This document shows positions 41,784-50,781 of a stretch of 64,000 nt of DNA, piece by piece. The position numbers and the translations under genes were made by a program. The notes below the pieces were generated by a model. That model saw only the letters and a program-made list of their open reading frames with translations, did not search any database and was not told the origin of the DNA. Position 1 is the first letter of the stretch; the number at the start of each line of letters is the position of its first letter. The DNA comes from an uncultured virus (IMG/VR IMGVR_UViG_3300046170_000409) (taxonomy: Duplodnaviria > Heunggongvirae > Uroviricota > Caudoviricetes): IMG/VR virus record IMGVR_UViG_3300046170_000409; one strand, given 5' to 3'.

Positions 41784-41849
41784 AGTTGTATATCTCCTTG
41801 TATAGTTGTATATTTGTTTTGTCCACGTATTTCATAATATAGTCTTTGT

Positions 41850-41878
41850 ATTATATGACATCTTGTTATAAATGTCAA
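41850..41878 (-). promoter_or_regulatory. Consensus sigma70 promoter for gp32
   Basis: TTGACA-N17-TATAAT. Confidence 0.85.
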
Positions 41879-41898
41879 CACTTTTATTTAGTCTTTTT

Positions 41899-42504
41899 TT
41901 ATGCATATTCTTTTAAAACTATGTTTCTCATTTTCTGTACATCTGCCCCTGTAAACTGCCAGAAGAAAGGACTGTATCGTTCAATCATGTATATGATATC
42001 ATTAATTACAATATCATTATTCTTCTTCCATAGTGATGTATATTTGACTAATTCGTTTAATATCACAAGAGTCTCAAGTGAAACCTTTTGTCTGCTATAC
42101 AAACGAAATAAGAGAGGATGTTTACCCTCAACGAATGTAAACAGTGAATCAAAATTAGATTCTTTATCATGTAAACTTTGTACTTCTTCTTTGAAATTAT
42201 AGGATAATGATTCAACTCTCTTTTTCCATTTCTTGTAAATAATCTCATGCTTTGCTGTGAGTAACTGACCAATCCAATTATTTTCTATGTAAGGATCGGA
42301 CAGATTAGAAACGAGGAACATCTTGAAATCCTCTGTATTATATTTCTTAGATGCTTTCTCAAAGAAGTATCTGTCTTTTCTTGATTCATACGCATTCTTC
42401 GAAACTTTAATATTCCCATTGTATTTAAAATAATCATAAGAGGATTTATTAAAGTGTGAAGAAATTGCATTCCATATTGTATAGTAATCAAAACCAGTTG
42501 TCAT
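41899..42504 (-). CDS. gp59: Helicase loader gp59
   Basis: HF.KSSYDYFKYNG, RKDRYFFEK, GKHPLL, SLETLVIL. Confidence 0.9.
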   Translation of the reverse strand: MTTGFDYYTIWNAISSHFNKSSYDYFKYNGNIKVSKNAYESRKDRYFFEKASKKYNTEDFKMFLVSNLSDPYIENNWIGQLLTAKHEIIYKKWKKRVESLSYNFKEEVQSLHDKESNFDSLFTFVEGKHPLLFRLYSRQKVSLETLVILNELVKYTSLWKKNNDIVINDIIYMIERYSPFFWQFTGADVQKMRNIVLKEYA

Positions 42505-42510
42505 AAATGA

Positions 42511-42642
42511 TTATTTTTCTAAAGTAGGTGGATGTATTTCTTGTTCATTACTCCCATAGATAATTATAGGATCTAATTCTATTCTGTGTGATGCACATGA
42601 AGTAATTAATAATGTACATAATATAAAATTCAATATTTTCAA
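42511..42642 (-). CDS. Putative 43-aa lipoprotein, absent from the ORF track
   Basis: TTG start overlapping the gp33 stop: MKILNFILCTLLITSC-ASHRIELDPIIIYGSNEQEIHPPTLEK; lipobox ITSC. Confidence 0.5.
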   Translation of the reverse strand: MKILNFILCTLLITSCASHRIELDPIIIYGSNEQEIHPPTLEK

Positions 42643-42863
42643 ATTGGTAATCTCGCTGTTTTTTCTTTTAATAAATTTGATTCTTCTGCTTCATATTTTA
42701 ATTTTTCTTTGATAACTTTGTTACATAGTTTTGCTGCAACTTCAATTTCCATTCCATTCTTTTCGCACCACCAGACAATTGCGTCCATGTAACTAATATT
42801 TTTATCTTTTACAACTCCTTCAATGATTAATGCAAATTTCTGTGATGTCATTATGTCTAACAT
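42639..42863 (-). CDS. gp33: Late promoter transcription coactivator gp33
   Basis: KFALIIEGVV...SYMDAIVWWCEKNGMEIE..KL....KEKLKYEA...LPI; ATG at 42863. Confidence 0.88.
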   Translation of the reverse strand: MLDIMTSQKFALIIEGVVKDKNISYMDAIVWWCEKNGMEIEVAAKLCNKVIKEKLKYEAEESNLLKEKTARLPI

Positions 42864-42867
42864 ATAT

Positions 42868-43413
42868 TTAATTCCTTTTTTCCCAACGATAAAAAATATG
42901 ATTTCCAATCGTTATTGTTTTAGTTTTATCTTTTGCCCACTTAGGATGCACATAATCTGCATGGTAGTGAGTTGCTCCATTAGTAATGTCATACATTATA
43001 CTATTACTTTGTAAAAAAGTCAACACCATTTTTCGTATTTCTGCAAAAGTTTTCATATCATCAATGATATCTTTTTTACCATCACAATACCATGAGAATT
43101 GACATTTGTCTCTAACTGGAATTAGATTTGAATTTAACTGTGCTTGTAATACAACTTCCTTTATATTGTTTGGAAATCGATTATCTGCAACACGATTTAA
43201 AGTGACAAAAAGGACAGCGAACTGTCCCTTTACTTCTTGATTTCTTGCCTCAAAATATATGTTCTTTGATAACCAAGTTATATCTTCTTCAGTATATTCA
43301 GTACTGTAATTATAATGATTTCCAACTCTGAAGTCAAAGTCTGATTCAGTTAATTTCTTTTGTATTGTTGCACATATACATAAAAACAATAAAAATCCGA
43401 TAATTGGACGCAT
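42868..43413 (-). CDS. Cell wall hydrolase (SleB/Hydrolase_2) with N-terminal signal or anchor
   Basis: NIYFEARNQ..GQ.AV..VTLNRV, CQFSWYCDG, GATHYHADYV.P.W, IGNHIFY. Confidence 0.92.
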   Translation of the reverse strand: MRPIIGFLLFLCICATIQKKLTESDFDFRVGNHYNYSTEYTEEDITWLSKNIYFEARNQEVKGQFAVLFVTLNRVADNRFPNNIKEVVLQAQLNSNLIPVRDKCQFSWYCDGKKDIIDDMKTFAEIRKMVLTFLQSNSIMYDITNGATHYHADYVHPKWAKDKTKTITIGNHIFYRWEKRN

Positions 43414-43448
43414 AGTTGATACCTCTCTCTGTAGTAACTATATTTCTT

Positions 43449-43477
43449 ATTATATCCCTAATAATATAAAAAGTCAA
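43449..43477 (-). promoter_or_regulatory. Sigma70 promoter for the hydrolase-gp33-gp59 unit
   Basis: TTGACT-N17-TATAAT. Confidence 0.75.
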
Positions 43478-43480
43478 CAG

Positions 43481-43951
43481 TTAATTTGCAAGAGGATTAT
43501 CCAATGCTCTCTGCACACGTTTGTTGAGTCTATCTTCCAATGCCTTTAAATCAGCATTATTGCTAGTTCTTAATTGTTCTCTTTTTGTTTCGAATCTTAG
43601 TTCTGCATCATCAATCATTGTTCGAACATCACCAATAGTATCTCTTACTAAATCTTCAGTTCTATCAGATTGTTGTTCAATTCTTAATATATCATCTCTC
43701 AGTCCACTCTTAATATCTCTTGTATATTCAATTGCTTCATCAAGTTTAATCATCATTTGTTTTTGTTGACTGTCTATTTGTTTAGTATCAATTTTTGAAA
43801 TGACTGCTTTCATGTCTGTATAATCTTTATAGAATTCAAACACTCCCCATGTTGCAGCACCGAGTGTTGATAGTGCAGTCATCAATACAAAGATTTTACC
43901 ACCTTTGAATTTCATACCTCCAAATTCAAATTCTGTTTGTTGGTCTGACAT
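43481..43951 (-). CDS. Membrane-anchored coiled-coil protein
   Basis: TM segment IFVLMTALSTLGAATWGVF then a long coiled coil; ends ALDNPLAN. Confidence 0.75.
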   Translation of the reverse strand: MSDQQTEFEFGGMKFKGGKIFVLMTALSTLGAATWGVFEFYKDYTDMKAVISKIDTKQIDSQQKQMMIKLDEAIEYTRDIKSGLRDDILRIEQQSDRTEDLVRDTIGDVRTMIDDAELRFETKREQLRTSNNADLKALEDRLNKRVQRALDNPLAN

Positions 43952-43969
43952 TATTCCTCTCCTTTTTTA

Positions 43970-44572
43970 CTATTTGTTTAGTGTTAATTTTTTATTTGCT
44001 TTACGATGTCCATTCCAAGCAACAAACCCACCTATTCGTAGTGCCCAATATGCAAGATAGTTTAATAAATGAAAACCATTTTGTTCAATGTTTATATCAC
44101 GAAATAATACATCGGCATCTTTTTGACTCATTGGTACTGATGTTTGTTTCTTACCTTTCTTTAATAAGACAGTGTACTTATAAACAAAGTCGTGAACTAA
44201 TCCACCAACCAATAATACTCCAACTGGAGATAACCATGTAGCAAGAAATTTAGGCACAGATGCACCATCAAAAACAAAACCTTTAGGTATGACATATTTC
44301 TCACCATTCAATTCAAAATTCCAATCTCTTGAAAGTTCCCATGTACGAACTCCCATTAACCACATCCAAATTGCACCCCAAAAACCTTTACTTGCAGTTT
44401 CCATTTTGATTGGTTGCATGCATGGCATTTCTTTATAATGTAAACCAACAAGTATTTCTTCTTCATCATGGTCTACACCAAGTAAATTAATAATCCATCC
44501 AATGATAATTAATATTCCAACTACTGTGAATTGCCACCAAGTTATCATTTGTTCTAAAACCCATTCCATCAT
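43970..44572 (-). CDS. DUF1353-like protein with N-terminal TM segment
   Basis: IPKGFVFDGASVPKF, VHDFVY, ADVLFR, AYWALRIGG. Confidence 0.75.
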   Translation of the reverse strand: MMEWVLEQMITWWQFTVVGILIIIGWIINLLGVDHDEEEILVGLHYKEMPCMQPIKMETASKGFWGAIWMWLMGVRTWELSRDWNFELNGEKYVIPKGFVFDGASVPKFLATWLSPVGVLLVGGLVHDFVYKYTVLLKKGKKQTSVPMSQKDADVLFRDINIEQNGFHLLNYLAYWALRIGGFVAWNGHRKANKKLTLNK

Positions 44573-44600
44573 ATTTTCTTCTCCTGTTTTATGATATATC

Positions 44601-46506
44601 TTATTTATTGTTATATTGCATCTCTACCATCTTTTCATGTAGAATTTGTTGTGCTAATCCATTTCTTAATCCTGCTGGATTTTGAGGAAAATCTTTAACT
44701 TCATAACCTGAAGCATCTGCATAATATCCACCTTGTATTGCTCCACCATATTTTATGAAATCGGGGACGTAATTTATTAAGGACATAAGCGTTTGTTGAA
44801 CTGCCTTTTGTGCATCTAAAGTTGCTGCAGTACTCATATCATCAGCAAGAGAAGATGCCTTTTTTAAAACAATTTCTCTCATTTTATCCTTTTTTGATTT
44901 CTTTTGTCTTTGAACCCTTTTCTTTCGAAGCGTTATCATTCGCCCCTTCCTCAGAATTTTCAGAAGTTTCTTCTACAACTTCTTCATTTTGTGCAACTTC
45001 TTCTACAACTTCTTCGTTTTCTGCAACTTCTTCTATTTGTTCTTCATCAGTGCTTTCTTCTGAACCGACTTCTGTACCGAATTCTTCATCTATGCTTTCT
45101 TCAATTTCGGCAATTTCAATTATTTCCGATTCTTCTGTAGATGATTCATTTTCTGTAACCACTATGCTCTCCTGTATTGGTTCTTCAACTACAGGTTCTA
45201 TTTCAAGTGGTGGCATTTCAACAATAACATCAACTGGATTTGAGACTGTGTTATCTCTTAATATTTGGTCTACTGTTGCATCTCCTGTAACTTCCACACT
45301 AGTAATTGTTTCAACAGGATTACTTGCAAATTCTATATCTTCATTAACATCATTATTAGTTACTGTTGTTTCATCTTCCACACCTGCTGTTTCATTTGCT
45401 TGCTGCAATGTTGGTTCAACATATTCTTCATAATATGCTTGGTCATATCCTGTACACCCAGAATCATATAATGGGTCTAATGAACATTGTTGGTCATAGT
45501 AAGCACTCGCATACCCTGTACATCCAGAATCATATAATGGATCTAATGAACACTGTTGGTCATAATATGCCTCTGCATAAAAAGGACATCCACTGTCATA
45601 CAATTGATTTAAACTACATTGTTGGTCATAGTAAGCACTTGCATATCCAGGACAACCAACATCATATAATGCATCTGCAGCACAAGATTGATTATAAATT
45701 AATGTTGCATATGCTTCAGCATATCCATCACACAATGTACTAATTAATGGATTTGCTTGACATGCACCTGTAAGATTAAACGTATATACTGAATAAGTAT
45801 CATCAATAAAATCCTGATTATAAGAATAATATTCATACTGCTCTATTTCAGAACTATTTCTTACATCTCCAAACACACCAACTGTAACTGCATGATTAGT
45901 AATATTAATATCAAAATGATGTATTTCTATACCACCACTTGAATTAATTTCTGTGCCGAAAGTATTAACATTATTACTTCTTCCATATTCTGATATGTTT
46001 CTCCACAAGTATCTTAATGTGTCTGTTTGACCATTATTATTTGTATCTACTTCTTGCGTAAAGAAACCTGTATCATTTACACCATCTCCATCAACATCTA
46101 CATTGTAATCTCTTAAATCTGTCCAGAGTGCAGCAATTGAATAACTGAAGTAAGGAAGTCCAGTATAATTTGTAAAATCACCATTTGCCACATCAATACC
46201 ATTACAACAAAAATGTGCTGAATTTGACATAAAACCTACAACACCATTTGAATACATCCAAGACTTTACATAATTGTTTCCTTGAAATGGAAAAGTGAAA
46301 GGTAAGTCAATCTCTACACGACCATCATCACTGATGTTATATTCATTCATGCCATCTTGAGTTGTCCAATCATCTCCACATGAGGACATCCATGGCGTGA
46401 CAGAACAGTCAACGCCATATTGATTTACATCGGAATGTGTATTAGAAGAGTAAAAGAAGCAGACCAGCACCAAAGATGCCACTGCCCATACCTTTGAGGT
46501 AATCAT
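44601..46506 (-). CDS. Exported Cys-repeat protein with NIDO-like N-terminal domain, +1 frameshift near 44903
   Basis: Signal peptide; IDLPFTFPFQG..YSNGVVGF..IAALWTDL; 22-aa Cys repeats; Glu-rich linker; C-terminal part in ORF 44601-44939. Confidence 0.75.
45430..45765 (-). repeat. About five 66-bp/22-aa tandem repeats YYDQQCSLDPLYDSGCxGYAxA
   Basis: Visible in both DNA and translation. Confidence 0.9.
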
Positions 46507-46993
46507 TTCTTTGTTCCTCTTTCTTCATTTCTTCAGGTCTTAATTGAGGATATGTTTCCCACAGTTTACTTGCTTCATCTCCAATTTTACCCATGAATGG
46601 ACAAGGTGTTCCTGCCATTTCCATTGCTTTAAATACTCTTTCATCTTGACAGAGATTTGATACTGCAGCAACTTTCATTCCCATATCATACAATACTTTT
46701 GATAGTTTTAAACGTTCGCAGTTAAGATCTCTCACAGTACCACCACCTGATATGCCAAGAATTTGTGTTTGTACTGCACCAGAAAATGCAACAGTACATA
46801 CATCTGAATTTGAATTATTAATACTTGGTGATATTGCTGAAGGTGGGGGCGACTTAACAGTCGTCTTAGAATTACCTTTTGTAGTCACTGTGCTGTTGCT
46901 TGTACTTTCAGTAACAATTGGGTCAGCACTATATAAAGTTCCAGAAATCATAATCAAAATAACACCCAAAAAAAGTGCTAATATATTTTTCAT
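46442..46993 (-). CDS. Exported Cys-containing protein with C-terminal hydrophobic anchor
   Basis: Signal peptide; SPPPSAISPS..C..SGAVQTQILGISGG..CERLKLSK.LYDMGMKVAAVS.LCQD..AMEMAGTPCP. Confidence 0.8.
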   Translation of the reverse strand: MKNILALFLGVILIMISGTLYSADPIVTESTSNSTVTTKGNSKTTVKSPPPSAISPSINNSNSDVCTVAFSGAVQTQILGISGGGTVRDLNCERLKLSKVLYDMGMKVAAVSNLCQDERVFKAMEMAGTPCPFMGKIGDEASKLWETYPQLRPEEMKKEEQRNDYLKGMGSGIFGAGLLLLLF

Positions 46994-47029
46994 GTAACTT
47001 CCCCTCGTTAATTTCGAAAGTATTTAGGA

Positions 47030-47074
47030 TAAAATAAAAATGGGAAGAGGTGCTGCAGACTCACTCTCTTCCCT
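47030..47074 (-). terminator. Hairpin plus U-rich tail downstream of the carbamoyltransferase
   Basis: GGGAAGAGAGTG-AGTCTGCAG-CACCTCTTCCC followed by ATTTTTATTTT on the minus strand. Confidence 0.6.
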
Positions 47075-47095
47075 GAATTCTTTTATTGTGCCATT

Positions 47096-47103
47096 TATTT
47101 ATA
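47096..47103 (-). promoter_or_regulatory. Late promoter TATAAATA
   Basis: Exact intergenic motif. Confidence 0.6.
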
Positions 47104-47132
47104 CATCTTTGATGCTTAATATTGAAAAAAGT

Positions 47133-48893
47133 TTAAAAAAATTGTATTAACATTTCTCGTTCAGGACAATACAAATAAGGAATCTTTCCTTCTCTGCAAG
47201 TATAACATGCTTGTTCCATGTTATTTACAATTACATCTCCTGCTAAATTGAATGATGTATTCAATACCATTGGTATTCCAGTGAGTTTATAGAACTCTGA
47301 AATTAAATCATAGTAATGTTTATTTTGTTCTGAATTAACAGTCTGTATTCTTGATGTTCCGTCATTGTGTTGTAATGCAGGAACGATATCTCTTTTTTCT
47401 TTATAACAATCTACTGCAAACATCATCCATGGACTGGATTTTAAATTTGCCATATCAAACCAATCATGTGCACATTCTTCAAGAACTGTTCCAGCGAATG
47501 GTCGATACCATTCTCTCTTTTTAATCTTATTAACTACATCACGTCCATCTGGGTCACGTGGGTCATAAAGAATTGAACGATTGCCTAATGCTCTTGGACC
47601 ACATTCTGTTTTTCCTTGATATATTGCAACAACATTTCTTTCAGAAATCAATTCAGCAATATCCTTTGGTGTGACGTTATGAATTTCTTTTTCGTTTGGA
47701 AGTAAGTCTCTATCATAGTTTGCTTGACTCCCAAGACAAACAGTTGTTAATGTTCTTTTCTTTTTATCTCCTGTGTCTCTACGATATGCTAACATCGCAG
47801 AACCAAGTGCTGTTCCTTGGTCTCCAGCGATTGGTTCAAAGAAGAAATTAATATTTGGAAATCGTTTCAGTATTTTATAGTTATTAACCACATTGTAAAA
47901 GAATCCTCCAGAAAGACACATATTCTTTACATTAGGTTTTAATGATAATGCATATTCGATATATTCAAATACTGCTTCAGTACTTTGTGACTGTATTGCG
48001 TATGCAACATCTTCTGCGGGAATATTTTCTGGCAATTCTATATACTCTTCTGGATATGCAACATTCCCATCACTGAGGAGATAACTGCTCATCCATTTAG
48101 CAAATCTTTTGGTAGGGAACTTATCGAAAAAAGCAAGGGATGGTATATTCTTGTTTGGTTTACCATATGCCGAAAGACCCATTACCTTTCCTGCTGAATC
48201 TGATGCTGAATCTGAAGAGTTTTTCCATTGCAGATTTTTTGCATATTTTTCACATAACAAATATCCAGCATTCTTAAACTGCCCACCATATGTTGGCATC
48301 ATCATAACATCAGTCTTTTTGAATTTACTTTTTGTTGGAGTTACAACACCAAATTGTTCTTTAAGTATTTCTGTGCCGACTAGCGAACCTCTCTGATACA
48401 AATATTCAGTATCATTATAATTCATATAATATATTGACTCTGACTCACGAACAGTTTGATAACTTGGAACTGCTCCTCCACCACCATCAATTACTAGACA
48501 AATTGCTTCATCAAAACCAGAATTATAAAATGAAAGTCCTGCGTGACATTCATGATGCATCAAATGACGATATTCTGAATGCTCCCATCCTATTCCCATC
48601 AAAACATCATATGATAATTTAAATGTATCGTAAGCATGTTCATCACAACTTATATTGTGACGACCCCAATATACTATAGAAGAAACAACTGTTATTATCT
48701 TAACATCTTGTTCTTTTGCGATATCTCTAGCAATGTCGTATGCTTCTGTTAAACACTTTCCTAATGCTGATGTGCTTTTTTGTCTATTATACCTATCTTC
48801 GCCACGATAATATAATAATTCTCCTTTGTGCATGACTGCTGCACTCGCATCGTGGGAGTAGTTTATTCCAATGTATACGTCATTATATGCCAT
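47133..48893 (-). CDS. O-carbamoyltransferase (NodU/CmcH/TobZ family)
   Basis: SHDASAA, HHECHA, VIDGGG, GKVMGLSAYG, GPRALGNRSIL, KKREWYRPFA, HNDGTSRIQTV, LNTSFN. Confidence 0.95.
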   Translation of the reverse strand: MAYNDVYIGINYSHDASAAVMHKGELLYYRGEDRYNRQKSTSALGKCLTEAYDIARDIAKEQDVKIITVVSSIVYWGRHNISCDEHAYDTFKLSYDVLMGIGWEHSEYRHLMHHECHAGLSFYNSGFDEAICLVIDGGGGAVPSYQTVRESESIYYMNYNDTEYLYQRGSLVGTEILKEQFGVVTPTKSKFKKTDVMMMPTYGGQFKNAGYLLCEKYAKNLQWKNSSDSASDSAGKVMGLSAYGKPNKNIPSLAFFDKFPTKRFAKWMSSYLLSDGNVAYPEEYIELPENIPAEDVAYAIQSQSTEAVFEYIEYALSLKPNVKNMCLSGGFFYNVVNNYKILKRFPNINFFFEPIAGDQGTALGSAMLAYRRDTGDKKKRTLTTVCLGSQANYDRDLLPNEKEIHNVTPKDIAELISERNVVAIYQGKTECGPRALGNRSILYDPRDPDGRDVVNKIKKREWYRPFAGTVLEECAHDWFDMANLKSSPWMMFAVDCYKEKRDIVPALQHNDGTSRIQTVNSEQNKHYYDLISEFYKLTGIPMVLNTSFNLAGDVIVNNMEQACYTCREGKIPYLYCPEREMLIQFF

Positions 48894-48911
48894 AATAAAA
48901 TCCTAAAGTTT

Positions 48912-49451
48912 CTAAAGATATTCTGGTGGAAAGTGGTGTTCAAGTCCTTCAACACCAAAAGATAAAGATGCACGTGGTTCAAAAACATTTATTTGATGAT
49001 GTGTTCCAGCAGGAATGTAAATAGTCTCTAATGGTTTAAATTCTTTATCAAATAAACATTTTCTATTCGAATCTCCTTTTCCACCACTCCATATTGTCAT
49101 ACGAGTGTTATTAATTGCACCCATATATATTACATCCATTTTGTCCTTATGTAATCCTAGTGCACCACGTGTATTGCTTATACCAAAATATACATGTGAT
49201 GAAACATCGTTTTTATGGAATATTTGTTGAAAGTATTGTTGTATATATTTCACAGAAGATATATCTTTTGTGTCAAACATTTGAAAGTTTAAATTGGGAT
49301 CTCTTCTCCATTTCGATTCACCACCATTACGAACATTTTCTACATTGAAGAAAATATCATTCCATGTTGGCAATTCAAAATCGGCATAACCAAGATAACA
49401 CCATTTCCTTTTCTTTGCAGATTCAATAAGTTTATCACGAAAGTCGCTCAT
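48912..49451 (-). CDS. JmjC/cupin-like oxygenase
   Basis: LGLHKDKMDV (HxD), IYIPAGTHHQI, RASLSFG. Confidence 0.75.
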   Translation of the reverse strand: MSDFRDKLIESAKKRKWCYLGYADFELPTWNDIFFNVENVRNGGESKWRRDPNLNFQMFDTKDISSVKYIQQYFQQIFHKNDVSSHVYFGISNTRGALGLHKDKMDVIYMGAINNTRMTIWSGGKGDSNRKCLFDKEFKPLETIYIPAGTHHQINVFEPRASLSFGVEGLEHHFPPEYL

Positions 49452-49454
49452 GAT

Positions 49455-50123
49455 TTAATTTTTCTTTCTTTGAGTTTCAATCCATTTTTTTGCTTTTGGA
49501 TTTTTAGGATCTTCTTTAGTCCATTGAGTAATTCTTTTATAGATAGACATAGATGCACCCTCATAATTTGCACCCTCTGAGTTATCAACAATATACATGT
49601 TTCTTCCAAATTCGTTTTGGAATCGACCAAGATTCTTTTGAACATCTTTCCACATTTTTGATACGATATCTCTACCCAATGTTCTTGGTCTTTGTGCATC
49701 TCGAGAAATCGCTGTATCTAAATCAGTGTTAACAAAAATCATTGCAACATCGTAACCAATTTCTCTAAGTGAATTTACTTGATTTTTAATTTTCATATAG
49801 TCCTTTCCTGTACCATCAATAACTAAACCAAGTCGACCTTGTATTGCAAGTGCCATTTGTTTATTGGTTAATTGTTTTGCTTTCGCTCTTATCTCTTGAC
49901 CTTTCTTTGTGAATATTGTTTCAGGTGTTGCTTCTAATGATGCTTTTTTTAATTCACGTTCAAAAGCACTATCGGAATTAATGAGTTTATATCCCATTCC
50001 AACCAAACCAGTCTTTCCAACAATGAATGACTTTCCACTTCCTGGACCACCAGCAAGGAAAACTGCTTTGAATATTGCAGGATCGTTTACACCCTCTTGA
50101 ATATATTGATTAAATGTTAACAT
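49455..50123 (-). CDS. Zeta-toxin-like P-loop kinase
   Basis: FLAGGPGSGKS, INSDSAFE, LVIDGTG, MIFVNTDLDTAISR..QRPR, VDNS. Confidence 0.85.
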   Translation of the reverse strand: MLTFNQYIQEGVNDPAIFKAVFLAGGPGSGKSFIVGKTGLVGMGYKLINSDSAFERELKKASLEATPETIFTKKGQEIRAKAKQLTNKQMALAIQGRLGLVIDGTGKDYMKIKNQVNSLREIGYDVAMIFVNTDLDTAISRDAQRPRTLGRDIVSKMWKDVQKNLGRFQNEFGRNMYIVDNSEGANYEGASMSIYKRITQWTKEDPKNPKAKKWIETQRKKN

Positions 50124-50781
50124 TTTCTTGTTTATATCGTTGTATTGTATTTATAAGTTCTTTGGAGTAATTATCTCTTCTCTCAATAAACACTTGTGGT
50201 GAATTACCATCCACTGCAATTAATATAACAAGTTGATTAATAGGAATCTTAGTTCTTTCTTCCCACATTATTGCATATGCAGATGCTTGTTGAAAGTAAC
50301 TAGAAATATATTCTTTCTTTTTTGGTTTACGACTAGTTTTAAAATCAATGACTGATAATTTACCATCCCACTCAGCAATGCAATCAACACGACCTGCTAC
50401 TCCAAGATAATCAGAATATAATCCAACCTCTTGTGCATATACATTGTTTATAGATGATTCAATTGTAGGTTTGATTGATAAAAACATTTCTTTATCTGTT
50501 GGTAGAAACTTCTTCTCATCTAACTCATTGTTGATATAATCTTCACACATTTGATGCACTTTTGTGCCACGTCTTGCAGCATGAGTAGAAATACGATTTG
50601 CCTCTTCTTCACCAACTCTTTTTCTCCATTCCATTATACTCTGTCTCGAGAGTACAGAAAGGCATGTAGTGATTGATGGGTATGAGTTACCCTCTGGTGT
50701 GAGGTAATGCCTCTTCCCATTGATGCTCGTTTGTTTTATGTCCCAATCGTATGAGAAATCTTTATGTTTAAACATTATCAA
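50110..50781 (-). CDS. PD-(D/E)xK exonuclease (Cas4-like), conserved in T4-like phages
   Basis: YPSITT, WRKRVGEEEANRIS..RGT.VH, AGRVDCIAE..VIDFKTS, YFQQASAYA. Confidence 0.92.
   Translation of the reverse strand: MIMFKHKDFSYDWDIKQTSINGKRHYLTPEGNSYPSITTCLSVLSRQSIMEWRKRVGEEEANRISTHAARRGTKVHQMCEDYINNELDEKKFLPTDKEMFLSIKPTIESSINNVYAQEVGLYSDYLGVAGRVDCIAEWDGKLSVIDFKTSRKPKKKEYISSYFQQASAYAIMWEERTKIPINQLVILIAVDGNSPQVFIERRDNYSKELINTIQRYKQENVNI

Noticed and set aside
45430..45765. 66-bp repeats as a CRISPR array
   Set aside because: In-frame coding repeats with no unique spacers
50110..50781. Cas4-like nuclease as evidence of a CRISPR system
   Set aside because: Standard T4-like phage exonuclease; no repeat-spacer array or other cas genes seen
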